Assembly (NCBI GenBank): GCA_963710215.1
Contig: CAVPZP010000045.1
Location: 25,256-89,255 of the forward strand
Direction: 5' to 3'
Length of the DNA: 64,000 nucleotides
Origin: Lewinellaceae bacterium
Lineage (GTDB): Bacteria; Bacteroidota; Bacteroidia; Chitinophagales; Saprospiraceae
Part shown: positions 29,767 to 39,259 of the stretch, piece by piece
Numbering within the stretch: the stretch's first letter is position 1
Layout of the letters: every line of letters begins with the position of its first letter
Notes under the pieces: model-generated
What the model saw: the letters and a program-made list of their open reading frames with translations, nothing else
Told to the model about the DNA's origin: nothing
Database searches by the model: none
Program-made: the position numbers and the translations under genes

Positions 29767-30744
29767 TCATTCCCGCCCCCCCTCAACAAACTCTAAAATC
29801 CGCTCCGCTTGCCAGCCGGCCGCCGAGCCGGGGAGGCTGAAACCGACGTGGCCGCCCTGCCGGGGCTGTTCCAGGTGGATGTAGTCGTGGGCGGCGCACA
29901 GGTCAACGGGGGTGCAGGCGGGCGGTACGATGGGGTCGTTTAGGGCATTGACCAGCAGGGTGGGCGTCCGGATATCCGCCATAAAGTGGGCGGCGGAGGC
30001 GTAATCGTAGAACTCCTGCGCGGTAGTGAAGCCGGAAAGGGGTGCGCTGAAATGGGTGTCGAAATCCTCCCAGCGGCGTACGCGGGCGAAGTTGGCGGGG
30101 TCTATAATGCCGGGGTGCGTGGTTTCCTTTTGCAGAATTTTGTCCCGCAGGGCCTGGAAAAACTTGCGCTTATAAAGGCGGTTCTCCCAGCGGTCGAGGG
30201 CCAGGGCACTGGGGCGGATGAAGCAGGGGGCACTGAACGCCAGTCCGTGGGTGATGGGCACGGGGCGGTGGCGGTCCAGCGTGCCGAGGTACTTAAGGGT
30301 GAGGTTGCCGCCCATGCTAAAGCCCGCCAAAATAATGCGCCGGTAGCCCGCCTCATAGTGCGCGTATTCGGTGACGGTAGCCAGGTCCTCGCTCTGTCCG
30401 TGGTTGTAGAGGCGGGCCGTGCGGTTCATCTCTCCGCCGCAGGAACGGGAGTTCCACGCCAGCACGTCGTAGCCCCGCTGGTGAACATGAGTGGCAATGG
30501 CGCGGATGTAGGCGCGGTCGCTACTCCCCTCCAGACCGTGGGACAGAATGATGAGCGGGGTGTCCGGGTCGGGCGGGTCGGTGGTTTGCAGCCAGTCCAG
30601 GTCGAGGAAATCGTCATCGGGCGTCGGTATGCGTTCGCGCCGGTAGGCGCAGGGCGCGGCCGCGCGCAGGGCGGGCAGGATGGTCTGCAGGTGGCCGCCG
30701 CGTTCATACCAGCGCGGGCCGGGGTAGGTGGAAGAAATGAGCAA
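29767..30744 (-). CDS. YheT-family alpha/beta hydrolase
   Basis: GHLQTI, HGLEGSS, GFSMGG, NALNDP, GGHVGF; TTG start uncertain (ORF open to 30780). Confidence 0.9.
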   Translation of the reverse strand: MLISSTYPGPRWYERGGHLQTILPALRAAAPCAYRRERIPTPDDDFLDLDWLQTTDPPDPDTPLIILSHGLEGSSDRAYIRAIATHVHQRGYDVLAWNSRSCGGEMNRTARLYNHGQSEDLATVTEYAHYEAGYRRIILAGFSMGGNLTLKYLGTLDRHRPVPITHGLAFSAPCFIRPSALALDRWENRLYKRKFFQALRDKILQKETTHPGIIDPANFARVRRWEDFDTHFSAPLSGFTTAQEFYDYASAAHFMADIRTPTLLVNALNDPIVPPACTPVDLCAAHDYIHLEQPRQGGHVGFSLPGSAAGWQAERILEFVEGGRE

Positions 30745-30964
30745 GGGGAAAAGGCTTTTAGCGGTTCGTATACGGGGCAAGAACCGGGCGCGAAGGTAGA
30801 AAGGTATCCGAAGCTGCCCGTGTTTCCCGGCCCACTTTCCCGAACATCAGCATCACCCGCACGTATTCCACCGCCCGCACCGCACCGCGAAATATCACGC
30901 CGGCCGCCCAAAAATTGGTCCCCCGCACCGGGAGCCGTACCTTGCCGGGACAGACGAACAACCT

Positions 30965-31969
30965 ATGCAAGCAATTTTGATCGACGGGCCGGGAACGGCC
31001 GCAGACCTTTACATCGGCACCGCCCCCGACCCCGCGCCCGGCCCCGGGCAGGTGCTGCTACACACCGTGGCGGCGGGCGTTAACCGCGCCGACCTGCTGC
31101 AACGCGCCGGAAAGTACCCGCCCCCGGCGGGGGCTTCCACCATTCTGGGGCTGGAAGTAGCCGGCACCGTTATCGGCTTGGGCACGGGCGTGACCGATTA
31201 CGAGATCGGCGACAACGTCTGCGCGCTGGTATCCGGCGGCGGCTACGCCCAGCAAATTGCCGTCGATCAGGAAATGCTGCTGCCCCTGCCCGCCGGTATG
31301 TCCTTCACCAAAGCGGCCGCCGTGCCCGAAACCTTCCTCACCGCCTACCAGGCCCTGCACTGGATCGGCGGCCTGCGTGCCGGGCAGCGCGTGCTGGTAC
31401 ACGCCGCCGCTAGCGGCGTGGGCACGGCGGCCCTGCAACTGATCCGGCTGGCGGGGGCGCACGCGATTGCCACCGCCTCGGCCGGCAAACACGAGGTCTG
31501 CCTGCGCCTGGGCGCGGAACGCTGCATCGACTACCGCAGCGAGGATTTTGCCGCCGCCGTCGTGGATGCCACCGACGGGCGGGGCGTCGACCTGATCCTC
31601 GATTTCGTGGGGGCCGATTACTGGGCTAAGAACCTGAGCAGTTTGGCACCGGACGGCAAGCTAGTGCTGCTGGGGCTGCTGGGCGGACACGAGGTAAAGG
31701 GTTTCAGCCTGACTACCCTGTTGCAACGCCGCCTGACCGTGCAGGCCACCACCCTGCGCAGCCGCGACCGCGATTACCAGCACCGCCTGACGGCCGATTT
31801 CCGCCGCGACTGCCTGCCCCACTTCGCCACCCGCCGACTGGAACCGGTGGTGGACACCATCTACGACTGGAACCAGGTAGACGCCGCCCACCGCCACCTG
31901 GAAAGTAACGAAACCCGCGGCAACCTGGTCCTCACCATCGGCGACGAGACCGAAGCAGACTGGTTATGA
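30965..31969 (+). CDS. NAD(P)H-quinone oxidoreductase (zeta-crystallin/PIG3 family)
   Basis: GVNRADLLQRAGKYPPPAGAS.ILGLEVAG; HAAASGVGTAA. Confidence 0.92.
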   Translation: MQAILIDGPGTAADLYIGTAPDPAPGPGQVLLHTVAAGVNRADLLQRAGKYPPPAGASTILGLEVAGTVIGLGTGVTDYEIGDNVCALVSGGGYAQQIAVDQEMLLPLPAGMSFTKAAAVPETFLTAYQALHWIGGLRAGQRVLVHAAASGVGTAALQLIRLAGAHAIATASAGKHEVCLRLGAERCIDYRSEDFAAAVVDATDGRGVDLILDFVGADYWAKNLSSLAPDGKLVLLGLLGGHEVKGFSLTTLLQRRLTVQATTLRSRDRDYQHRLTADFRRDCLPHFATRRLEPVVDTIYDWNQVDAAHRHLESNETRGNLVLTIGDETEADWL

Positions 31970-33093
31970 GCAACACCCGCAAAAAATTCCTGCGCGGCCT
32001 CGCCGTCGGCACCCTCGGCCTGCCCCTCGCCCTGCGGGCCGTGCTGGGCGAAACCGGTGCGCAGGGCGACGGGCGCGCGGCCGCGCAGGGCGACGGCCGC
32101 ACCTGGCGGTGGAAAATGGTCACCACCTGGCCGCCCAATTTTCCGATTCTGGGCGAGGGTTGCGTGGAGCTGGCCCGGCTGATTCGGGTGATGTCGGGCG
32201 GGCGGCTGGACATCCATGTTTACGGTGCGGGCGAGCTGGTGCCGGCCCTGGAGAGCTTCGACGCCGTGCGTACCGGGGCGGCCGAAATGGGATCGGGCGC
32301 GGCCTATTATTGGGCGGGCAAGGCTCCGGCGGCCCAATTTTTCGCGGGCTACCCCTTCGGCCTGAACGCCCAGCAACTGAATAGCTGGCTGATTGCCGGC
32401 GGGGGAATGGAACTGTGGCGCGAACTATACGCGCAGTACGGCCTAGTCCCTTTCGTGGGCGGCAATACCGGTGTGCAGATGGGGGGTTGGTTTAACCGGA
32501 AGATCGACACGCCCGAAGATTTCCGGGGCCTCAAAATGCGGATGCCCGGCCTGGGCGGCCGCGTGCTGGAGCGGCTGGGCGGTGCCCCCGTATTGCTGGC
32601 CGGCGGCGAGATCTACACCGGCCTGGAACGCGGCGTTATCGACGCCACCGAGTGGGTAGGCCCCTACCACGATCACCTGATGGGCTTCCACGAAATCGCC
32701 AACTACTATTATTACCCTGGCTGGCACGAACCCGGCACGGCCTTCGAGTTCTTCGTCAACCAGGAGGCCTACGCCGAACTCCCCGAGGACCTGCAACAAA
32801 TCATTGCCACCGCCACCGAGCAGATCAACGGCTGGACCCTGGCCCAATTCGAGGTCAAGAATGCCGAGTACCTGGAGAAGATCCGCGCCACCCCTGGCGT
32901 GGAGGTTCGCCCCTACCCCGCCCCGGTGATCGAGGCCGCCCGCGCGGCCGCGCGGGAGACGATCGAGGAATACGCGAACTCCGATCCGTTTGCGCGGCGG
33001 GTGTACGATAGTCTGCTGGCGTTTCGGCGGGGGGCGAAGGGGTGGTCGGCGGTGTCGGAAGGGCTATACTATTCAGACCTGGACGGGGATTGA
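31966..33093 (+). CDS. TRAP transporter substrate-binding protein (DctP/TakP-like)
   Basis: WKMVTTWP, GNTGVQMGGWF, GLKMRMPGLGG, DATEWVGPYHD, YYYPGWHEPG. Confidence 0.9.
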   Translation: MSNTRKKFLRGLAVGTLGLPLALRAVLGETGAQGDGRAAAQGDGRTWRWKMVTTWPPNFPILGEGCVELARLIRVMSGGRLDIHVYGAGELVPALESFDAVRTGAAEMGSGAAYYWAGKAPAAQFFAGYPFGLNAQQLNSWLIAGGGMELWRELYAQYGLVPFVGGNTGVQMGGWFNRKIDTPEDFRGLKMRMPGLGGRVLERLGGAPVLLAGGEIYTGLERGVIDATEWVGPYHDHLMGFHEIANYYYYPGWHEPGTAFEFFVNQEAYAELPEDLQQIIATATEQINGWTLAQFEVKNAEYLEKIRATPGVEVRPYPAPVIEAARAAARETIEEYANSDPFARRVYDSLLAFRRGAKGWSAVSEGLYYSDLDGD

Positions 33094-33215
33094 AGGGAAG
33101 GTTGCCAAAGCTAATCAGACGCAAGGTGTTGCGTCTATTCGTTTATTTGTCCGAATGATTCACCATCATTCGGAGACGCAAGGTGTTGCGTCTATTCGGG
33201 TTAAAAAATATTTTT

Positions 33216-34496
33216 TTGAATACTACCGATACCTTTTCGCTGCTTGATCTATTAACCTTTACGCGGCGCGTGGTGGCCCTTAATTTGGGTGACCCGGTCT
33301 GGGTGGTGGCGGAAATCGCGCAGGTGAACACGTCCAAGGGACACTTATTCGTGGAATTGGTGCAACAGGCGACGGCCGAGGAGGGCGGGGCTACGCAGGC
33401 GCAGGCCGGGGCGGTGGTGTGGGAGAATACCTTACGTAACGTGCGACGGGAGCGGGGCCGGGAGATCGACGCGCTCTTTCGGGCGGGGAGTAAGGTGCGG
33501 CTGCGGGTGCGGGCGGATTACCACGTGCGTTACGGCTTCAAACTGATCGTGGAGGATGCCGACCCGAGTTTTACTTTGGGGCAACTGGAGGCGGAACGGC
33601 GGGCGACGGTGGAACACCTGGAGGCCGCCGGTGACTTGGTGCGCAATAAGCTCCTGGACCTCTCGCTAGTGCCGCTGCGGCTGGCCGTAATCAGTTCTCC
33701 GGAGGCGGCGGGCTACCTGGATTTTACGGAAACGCTGGACGGAAACAGTTACGGCTTCAGGTTCCGGCATCGGCTATTTGCGACGGGTGTACAGGGCGAT
33801 CTGGCCCCAGCATTGATTACCAAGCAGTTGCGGGCCATCGGTCGGCGGCGGGAGGAGTTCGACGCCGTAGCCGTGATCCGGGGCGGGGGGGCGCGGCTGG
33901 ACCTGGCGGCATTCGACGATCTGGAAGTTTGCCGGGCCGCCGCCAAATGCCCGCTGCCGATAATCTGCGGCCTCGGCCACGAGTCCGACGAGACCATCCT
34001 GGACCTGGTGGCCCACACCCGCCTGAAAACCCCCACGGCGGCGGCCGAATTTTTCATCACGCGCCTGCTACGGGTAGAAAGCTTTGTGGAAGAAGCCCGC
34101 TATGCTCTTCACCAATTGGTCCGCAGCCGCCTGCACCGTGACGAACTGGTGCTAACCCAGGTAGAAACCAAAATCGATCAATTGAGCCACCGCGCTCTGG
34201 CCGATTCCGGTAGCCGCCTGACCCGGTTGGAAGATCTGCTGAGCACCCACGTCGGGCACCGCTTGCTGCTGGCCGAAGGAGAATTGGCTGCGGCCGAAGG
34301 CGTACTGCATGCTTTACGACCCGAAACTACCTTGGCACGCGGCTATTCGCTCCTGTCGCAGCGGGGTAAGATCATCAGCAACAAGGGGCACCTGGACCTG
34401 GACAAGTCGATGGAGGTGCGCATGGCGGTCGGGAAGTTGAAAGTCAAGGCAGTACGTAAAAAGAAGCGCAAAAAAAGCGGTGAGGGGCGCGAATAA
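33216..34496 (+). CDS. xseA: Exodeoxyribonuclease VII large subunit
   Basis: WVVAEIA...GHLFVEL, IRGGG...LAAFD, GLGHESD...KTPTAAA, LARGYS; TTG start chosen downstream of a REP. Confidence 0.9.
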   Translation: MNTTDTFSLLDLLTFTRRVVALNLGDPVWVVAEIAQVNTSKGHLFVELVQQATAEEGGATQAQAGAVVWENTLRNVRRERGREIDALFRAGSKVRLRVRADYHVRYGFKLIVEDADPSFTLGQLEAERRATVEHLEAAGDLVRNKLLDLSLVPLRLAVISSPEAAGYLDFTETLDGNSYGFRFRHRLFATGVQGDLAPALITKQLRAIGRRREEFDAVAVIRGGGARLDLAAFDDLEVCRAAAKCPLPIICGLGHESDETILDLVAHTRLKTPTAAAEFFITRLLRVESFVEEARYALHQLVRSRLHRDELVLTQVETKIDQLSHRALADSGSRLTRLEDLLSTHVGHRLLLAEGELAAAEGVLHALRPETTLARGYSLLSQRGKIISNKGHLDLDKSMEVRMAVGKLKVKAVRKKKRKKSGEGRE

Positions 34497-34635
34497 TCGG
34501 AGGAACTTACGATTAATTGACGCAAGACCCGTGTTAGCAAACTGAATTACGTTTTATTACGAAAAAATTTCGTGTCATCATCGGCTGATAATCAAGTACT
34601 TTTATATTAGTGTTCGTTTTTTTGTCGTTTTTTTC

Positions 34636-34667
34636 TTGGTCGGCCCGCCTAAGTTTCCCTATCATTG
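34636..34667 (+). promoter_or_regulatory. Putative Bacteroidota promoter ~590 nt upstream of the metalloprotease
   Basis: TTG-N21-TATCATTG preceded by a T-rich tract. Confidence 0.5.
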
Positions 34668-34671
34668 CAGT

Positions 34672-35250
34672 GCATTCGACCTGAATAAACCACAGTTATA
34701 CACGATTTATGAGAATCCGCCGGCCCTAACCACGCCGTCGGAGGTTAGCTACACAACCGTACGGCACACACTTTTTAAGTCTTTACACCCTTCGTAGGGA
34801 AAGAATAGCGGATCACTGTACAGACCCGCTAAGTACAGCTCTTCCCCGCAACTCGCTTTCAATACAGCACATATCCTAGTCTCGAATAGAAGATGACCGC
34901 AGCGCGGTTGGGTCCGTCTCATGGCCGGTCCGATCGGAGTACACCCAATTTTTAAATAACATAAGAACTGTCTGCACGGACAGGACTCACGGGATTAAAC
35001 ACACCGCCGGTTTAGCGGCCTGGTCTACCGTCTAACGACTTGGTAGCCTGGCTGCGGATTGAAGACCGGCACGTCTGAACCTTCTTTACCGTCTCAGTTG
35101 AGCCACCGGACCGCCCCTGCGCGTTCCGGGTGTTCCGGAGACCACTGTGCCCCGCTACGGCCTCCCTTTCGGGGAAGTTGTACCGGCCGGGGCCTGAAGT
35201 CGCGCACTCTCTCCTCCCGCGGTCCGCCGGCAGTACGTCTACAATGCATA
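34672..35250 (+). ncRNA. Candidate long structured leader or ncRNA
   Basis: No credible ORF; many nested stems and a possible pseudoknot (see findings). Confidence 0.35.
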
Positions 35251-35257
35251 GCAACCG

Positions 35258-37750
35258 ATGCGTACTACTTGCCACATCTTCCTTTTTCTGCTCTGCTGCC
35301 TCTTCGGCAGCCTGAGCGCTCAGAAACTCCGCCCCGCCGATCTGGTCGCGGCCGAGAATTTTTTCACAACCGTTCGCCCCTTTGTGCCTACTGACGGCCG
35401 CGTGTCATCCGGCCTACCGGAAATGGATCGCGCCAAAGTGACCGATTACACGCTGTTCGACCTGGATACTGACGCCGTTGCCACCTGGCGCGACGACGAC
35501 CCCGCCGCCCTGGAGTTGGAAGTCCCCGCCCGCAACGACCATGACCCACTGACGCTGCAACTGGTGCGCGTCAATCCTTTTGCCGCTGATTTTCGCGTTA
35601 CCGAAAGCCATAAGGTGGCCGGATTACAGGACGTAGATTACGGCCTCCACTACCGGGGCATCGTGGCGGGCGAGCCGGAATCCCTTGTTTCCCTCAGCCT
35701 CATCGGCGGGGAAGTGATGGCCGTCATCAGCCGTACCGACGAGCAACTGGTGCTGGGTAAAGTACAGATCAAAGGTGACGACCGCCACCTACTCTACAAC
35801 GAACAGGACCTACCCATTCCCGACGGCCTCGGCGTGTGCGCCACGCCCGACGGTGAAGAGGAATACACCCGCCAGGACCTCACTTCTCCTTTAGATCAGG
35901 CCCGTGATGCGAACAACTGCGTAGGTATTTACTTGGAGGCGGACTACTCCATCTTCCAAATCCGGGGCAGCTCGGCTAGCGTTAACAGCTACATCACCGG
36001 GCTCTTCAACCAGATGGCCACCCTCTACGCCAACGACCTCATCAATCTGACGCTGACCGAGGTCTTTGTCTGGACCCAGCAGGATCCTTACAACAGCAAT
36101 TCTTCCAGCGGCAATCTGACAGCATTTCTCAATACCCGCCAGAGTTTCAACGGCGACCTGGCCGGACTGGTCTCCTACCAAGCCAGCGGTGGTATTGCTT
36201 ACGTCAATGCCGTTTGCAGCCCCAGTTATGCCTACTCCTTTTCCAGCATCGACAACAGCTACCAGACGGTACCCACCTACAGCTGGTCGGTCAATGTACT
36301 GGCCCACGAGTTCGGTCACCTGATGGGATCGCAGCACACCCATGCCTGTGCCTGGAATGGAAATAATACGGCCATCGACGGCTGCTACTCGCCCGAGGGC
36401 GGCTGCGCCCAGCCGGGCCTACCCAGCGGCGGCGGTACGATCATGTCCTACTGCCACCTGACCAGCGCGGGCGTTAATTTCACCAAAGGCTTCGGGCCTC
36501 AGCCCAAGGCGGTGATCCAAAACCGCGTGTACAACGGCAACTGCCTGAGTAGCTGTAGCACCGGTGGCGGTGGCGGCGGCGGAAACGGCGGCACCGGCGG
36601 CGGCGGCGGTGATAACGGCGGCGGCGGAAACGGCGACGGTGGCGGCGGCACCGGACCCGAATGCACGACGGTTACTTTCAACATCCTGACCGACAACTAC
36701 CCCGCCGAAACGACCTGGCGCATCACTAATTCAGGTGGCAGCGTGGTGGCTTCCGGCGGTAGTTATCGCAATGCCGGTACCAATTACGGTGCCGAGGTAT
36801 GCCTGCCCGACGGTTGCTATACCCTGCGCGTATCCGATAGCTACGGCGACGGCATCTGCTGCGCTTACGGGTCGGGTAATTACAAACTGACCAACTCCGA
36901 CGACGGCACCATTCTGGCCCAGGGCGGTGCCTTCGGCTCCTCGGAAAGCACTGAATTTTGCCTGGAATACGGTAGCGGTGACGACGGTGATGACGGCGAA
37001 TGCCTGCCCATCGACTTCACGGAATACAGCGTGGGCAGTTACGGCGGCTCGCAGGATCGAGGTACTTTCGTGCAATTGGATGACAACAGTATCCAGCTCC
37101 AGAACAATGCCTGGAAGGCCATCCTGCTCAACTATACCGTTACCCCCAATACGGTGATCGAATTCGAGTTCGGTTCCACCATCCAGGGGGAAATCCACGG
37201 CATCGGTTTTGACAACAACAACAGCATCTCGTCTAACCGGACCTTCCGCCTGTACGGCACCCAGAACTGGGGCATCGGTACTTTTGCCACCTATACCAAT
37301 CTGGGTTACTGGATGCCGTATACTATCCCCGTGGGTGAGTTCTATACCGGTACGTTCAACCGCTTGTTCTTTACGGTAGACCACGATAGCGGCGCCCGTA
37401 ACGGCACGGCATTTTTCCGTAACATCCGTATCTACGAGGGAAACAACTGCGGGTCTTACCTCCCCGCCGGCGATCCGATCGTGGTAGAGGAAGTTGATCC
37501 TGACTTATCCGTTTTCCCCAACCCGGCCAATGACCGCCTGAACCTGCGCTTTACGGTGGCCAAGGAAAGTGCTGCCGAAATTACCGTCTTCGACATGGCG
37601 GGCCGTCTGCTGCTAAACCGTAAGGAACAACTTGCCGCCGGCCGCCAGACCCTGCCCCTGCAAACCAGCCGCCTGCTACCCGGTACTTATCTGGTTCGGA
37701 TCCAGACCGGCGAGTGGACGCAGACCCGCAAGTTTACCGTCGTTAGATAG
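35258..37750 (+). CDS. M12-like zinc metalloprotease with Gly-rich linker, accessory domains and type A T9SS CTD
   Basis: HEFGHLMGSQH metzincin motif, GTIMSY Met-turn; VFPNPA...GTYLVRI...RKFTVVR. Confidence 0.9.
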   Translation: MRTTCHIFLFLLCCLFGSLSAQKLRPADLVAAENFFTTVRPFVPTDGRVSSGLPEMDRAKVTDYTLFDLDTDAVATWRDDDPAALELEVPARNDHDPLTLQLVRVNPFAADFRVTESHKVAGLQDVDYGLHYRGIVAGEPESLVSLSLIGGEVMAVISRTDEQLVLGKVQIKGDDRHLLYNEQDLPIPDGLGVCATPDGEEEYTRQDLTSPLDQARDANNCVGIYLEADYSIFQIRGSSASVNSYITGLFNQMATLYANDLINLTLTEVFVWTQQDPYNSNSSSGNLTAFLNTRQSFNGDLAGLVSYQASGGIAYVNAVCSPSYAYSFSSIDNSYQTVPTYSWSVNVLAHEFGHLMGSQHTHACAWNGNNTAIDGCYSPEGGCAQPGLPSGGGTIMSYCHLTSAGVNFTKGFGPQPKAVIQNRVYNGNCLSSCSTGGGGGGGNGGTGGGGGDNGGGGNGDGGGGTGPECTTVTFNILTDNYPAETTWRITNSGGSVVASGGSYRNAGTNYGAEVCLPDGCYTLRVSDSYGDGICCAYGSGNYKLTNSDDGTILAQGGAFGSSESTEFCLEYGSGDDGDDGECLPIDFTEYSVGSYGGSQDRGTFVQLDDNSIQLQNNAWKAILLNYTVTPNTVIEFEFGSTIQGEIHGIGFDNNNSISSNRTFRLYGTQNWGIGTFATYTNLGYWMPYTIPVGEFYTGTFNRLFFTVDHDSGARNGTAFFRNIRIYEGNNCGSYLPAGDPIVVEEVDPDLSVFPNPANDRLNLRFTVAKESAAEITVFDMAGRLLLNRKEQLAAGRQTLPLQTSRLLPGTYLVRIQTGEWTQTRKFTVVR

Positions 37751-37814
37751 CACCCATGGGCCGCCCCCGGGCGGTTCTCCCCCCTCGCTAGGTTGCGAGT
37801 GAAGTGCTATCAGG

Positions 37815-37849
37815 AGTCCTTCGTGCCTACGGGCGCGGAGGGCTTTTTT
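37815..37849 (+). terminator. Intrinsic terminator
   Basis: AGTCCTTCGTGCC-TACG-GGCGCGGAGGGCT followed by a T-run. Confidence 0.75.
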
Positions 37850-37925
37850 ATTAGTGAAAGAAGAAGGACCGGTAAAAAATGTTAGCCGGACGACCCAAGA
37901 TAGCGAGTAGCGCGGACCAACTTGA

Positions 37926-38048
37926 AGAAGACACGGCCGTGCCGGTGCTATGTTGTACGGAAACCTGTTTATCTACGGACAGGGCGGCATAATCGTTCCT
38001 TTCATCGGCGTCAAGGTTATCGACCTGATCGTTGCCCTATTCCTCTAA
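37926..38048 (+). pseudogene. kdpB: 3'-terminal relic of kdpB
   Basis: [35 protein letters not shown] matches the KdpB C-terminus (AMLRRNLWIYGLGG..VPFIGIKVID); in-frame stop just upstream. Confidence 0.8.
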
Positions 38049-38057
38049 AATTACCCC

Positions 38058-39155
38058 ATGAACAAGCTATTTACTACCCTACCGGTTTTCCTCCTTCTCG
38101 TGCTCGCTACCAACCAGGTAATGGCCCAAACCGAAGTAGTGGTCAGCCCCTTCACCTTCAGCGGCTACCTCGAAACCTACTACATCTACGATTTCAGTAA
38201 CCCCGCCGACCACGACCGGCCCGACTTCCTTTATTCCTTCGACCGCCACAACGAGGTGAACCTGAACCTGGGGTTGTTTCAGGCCGACTACAACACCGAC
38301 CGTGTGCGCGGAGAACTGGCCCTCATGGCCGGTACTTACCCCAACGCCAACCTGGCCGCCGAGCCGGGCGTGCTCAAAAACATCTTTGCCGCCAGTGCCG
38401 GGGTGAAGGTGTCCAAAACCAAAGACCTCTGGGTAGACGCCGGCATCTTCGCCTCGCACATCGGCTTCGAAAGTGCCATCGGTGCCGTCTGTTGGAACAT
38501 GACCCGCAGCCTTGCGGCCGAAAACTCTCCCTACTACCTCTCCGGGGCCAAAATTTCTTACACCAGCGACAACGAACAGTGGTTCATCAGCGGCCTGCTC
38601 CTCAACGGATGGCAGCGCATCCAGCGCGTCGACGGCAACCAGACCCCCGCCTTCGGCCACCAGATCACCTGGACCCCCAACGAGCGGGTCACGCTCAACA
38701 GTAGCTCCTTCATCGGCAACGATATGCCCGACGATAATCGGCAAATGCGTTATTTCCACAATATCTACGGCCAGTTCCAACTCACCCCCAAACTGGGCCT
38801 CATTACCGGCTTCGATATCGGTGCCCAGCAAACCGACCGCGCCGACAGCGATTACGATACCTGGTACTCTCCCGTGGTCATTGCCCGCTACGCCCCCACG
38901 GAAAAACTGGCCGTCGCCGGCCGCGCGGAATACTACTCCGATAAAAACGGTGTCCTGGTTTCCACCGAAACCCCCAATGGTTTCCAAACCTTCGGTTACT
39001 CCCTCAACCTCGACGTGCTGGTATCCCCCACCGCCTTATTTCGCATCGAGGCGCGAACCTTTGCCAGCCGCGAGGACAATATTTTTATGGATAGCGACGG
39101 AATTGCCAGTCAGAACAACTCGTTCGTCGGCACCTCCCTCAGCATTACATTTTAG
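38058..39155 (+). CDS. Outer-membrane porin (putative beta-barrel porin-2, kdp-associated type)
   Basis: FSGYLETYY.YDF, RHNEVNLNL, DAGIFASHIGFESAI, AENSPYY; terminal F. Confidence 0.85.
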   Translation: MNKLFTTLPVFLLLVLATNQVMAQTEVVVSPFTFSGYLETYYIYDFSNPADHDRPDFLYSFDRHNEVNLNLGLFQADYNTDRVRGELALMAGTYPNANLAAEPGVLKNIFAASAGVKVSKTKDLWVDAGIFASHIGFESAIGAVCWNMTRSLAAENSPYYLSGAKISYTSDNEQWFISGLLLNGWQRIQRVDGNQTPAFGHQITWTPNERVTLNSSSFIGNDMPDDNRQMRYFHNIYGQFQLTPKLGLITGFDIGAQQTDRADSDYDTWYSPVVIARYAPTEKLAVAGRAEYYSDKNGVLVSTETPNGFQTFGYSLNLDVLVSPTALFRIEARTFASREDNIFMDSDGIASQNNSFVGTSLSITF

Positions 39156-39259
39156 CGAGTGCTGCCGGGTTAGGGGAATGATGGTTGACTCATTCGTTCG
39201 GCCCGCAGGGGGGGCGGGGACTAAATCCGGGACCTTCCCGTTCTTCCGGTGGGTGGGCA

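Noticed and set aside
34795-35180. Cobalamin riboswitch (AGGGAA...CCCCGCAACT; CCACTG...GGGAAG) or c-di-GMP-I-like hairpin
   Set aside because: Fragments are too far apart and core motifs are missing; the downstream gene is not B12-related. No RNase P or tmRNA signatures either
36560-36655. GGC-rich repeat as a contingency locus
   Set aside because: In-frame Gly-rich linker; triplet changes would not switch expression
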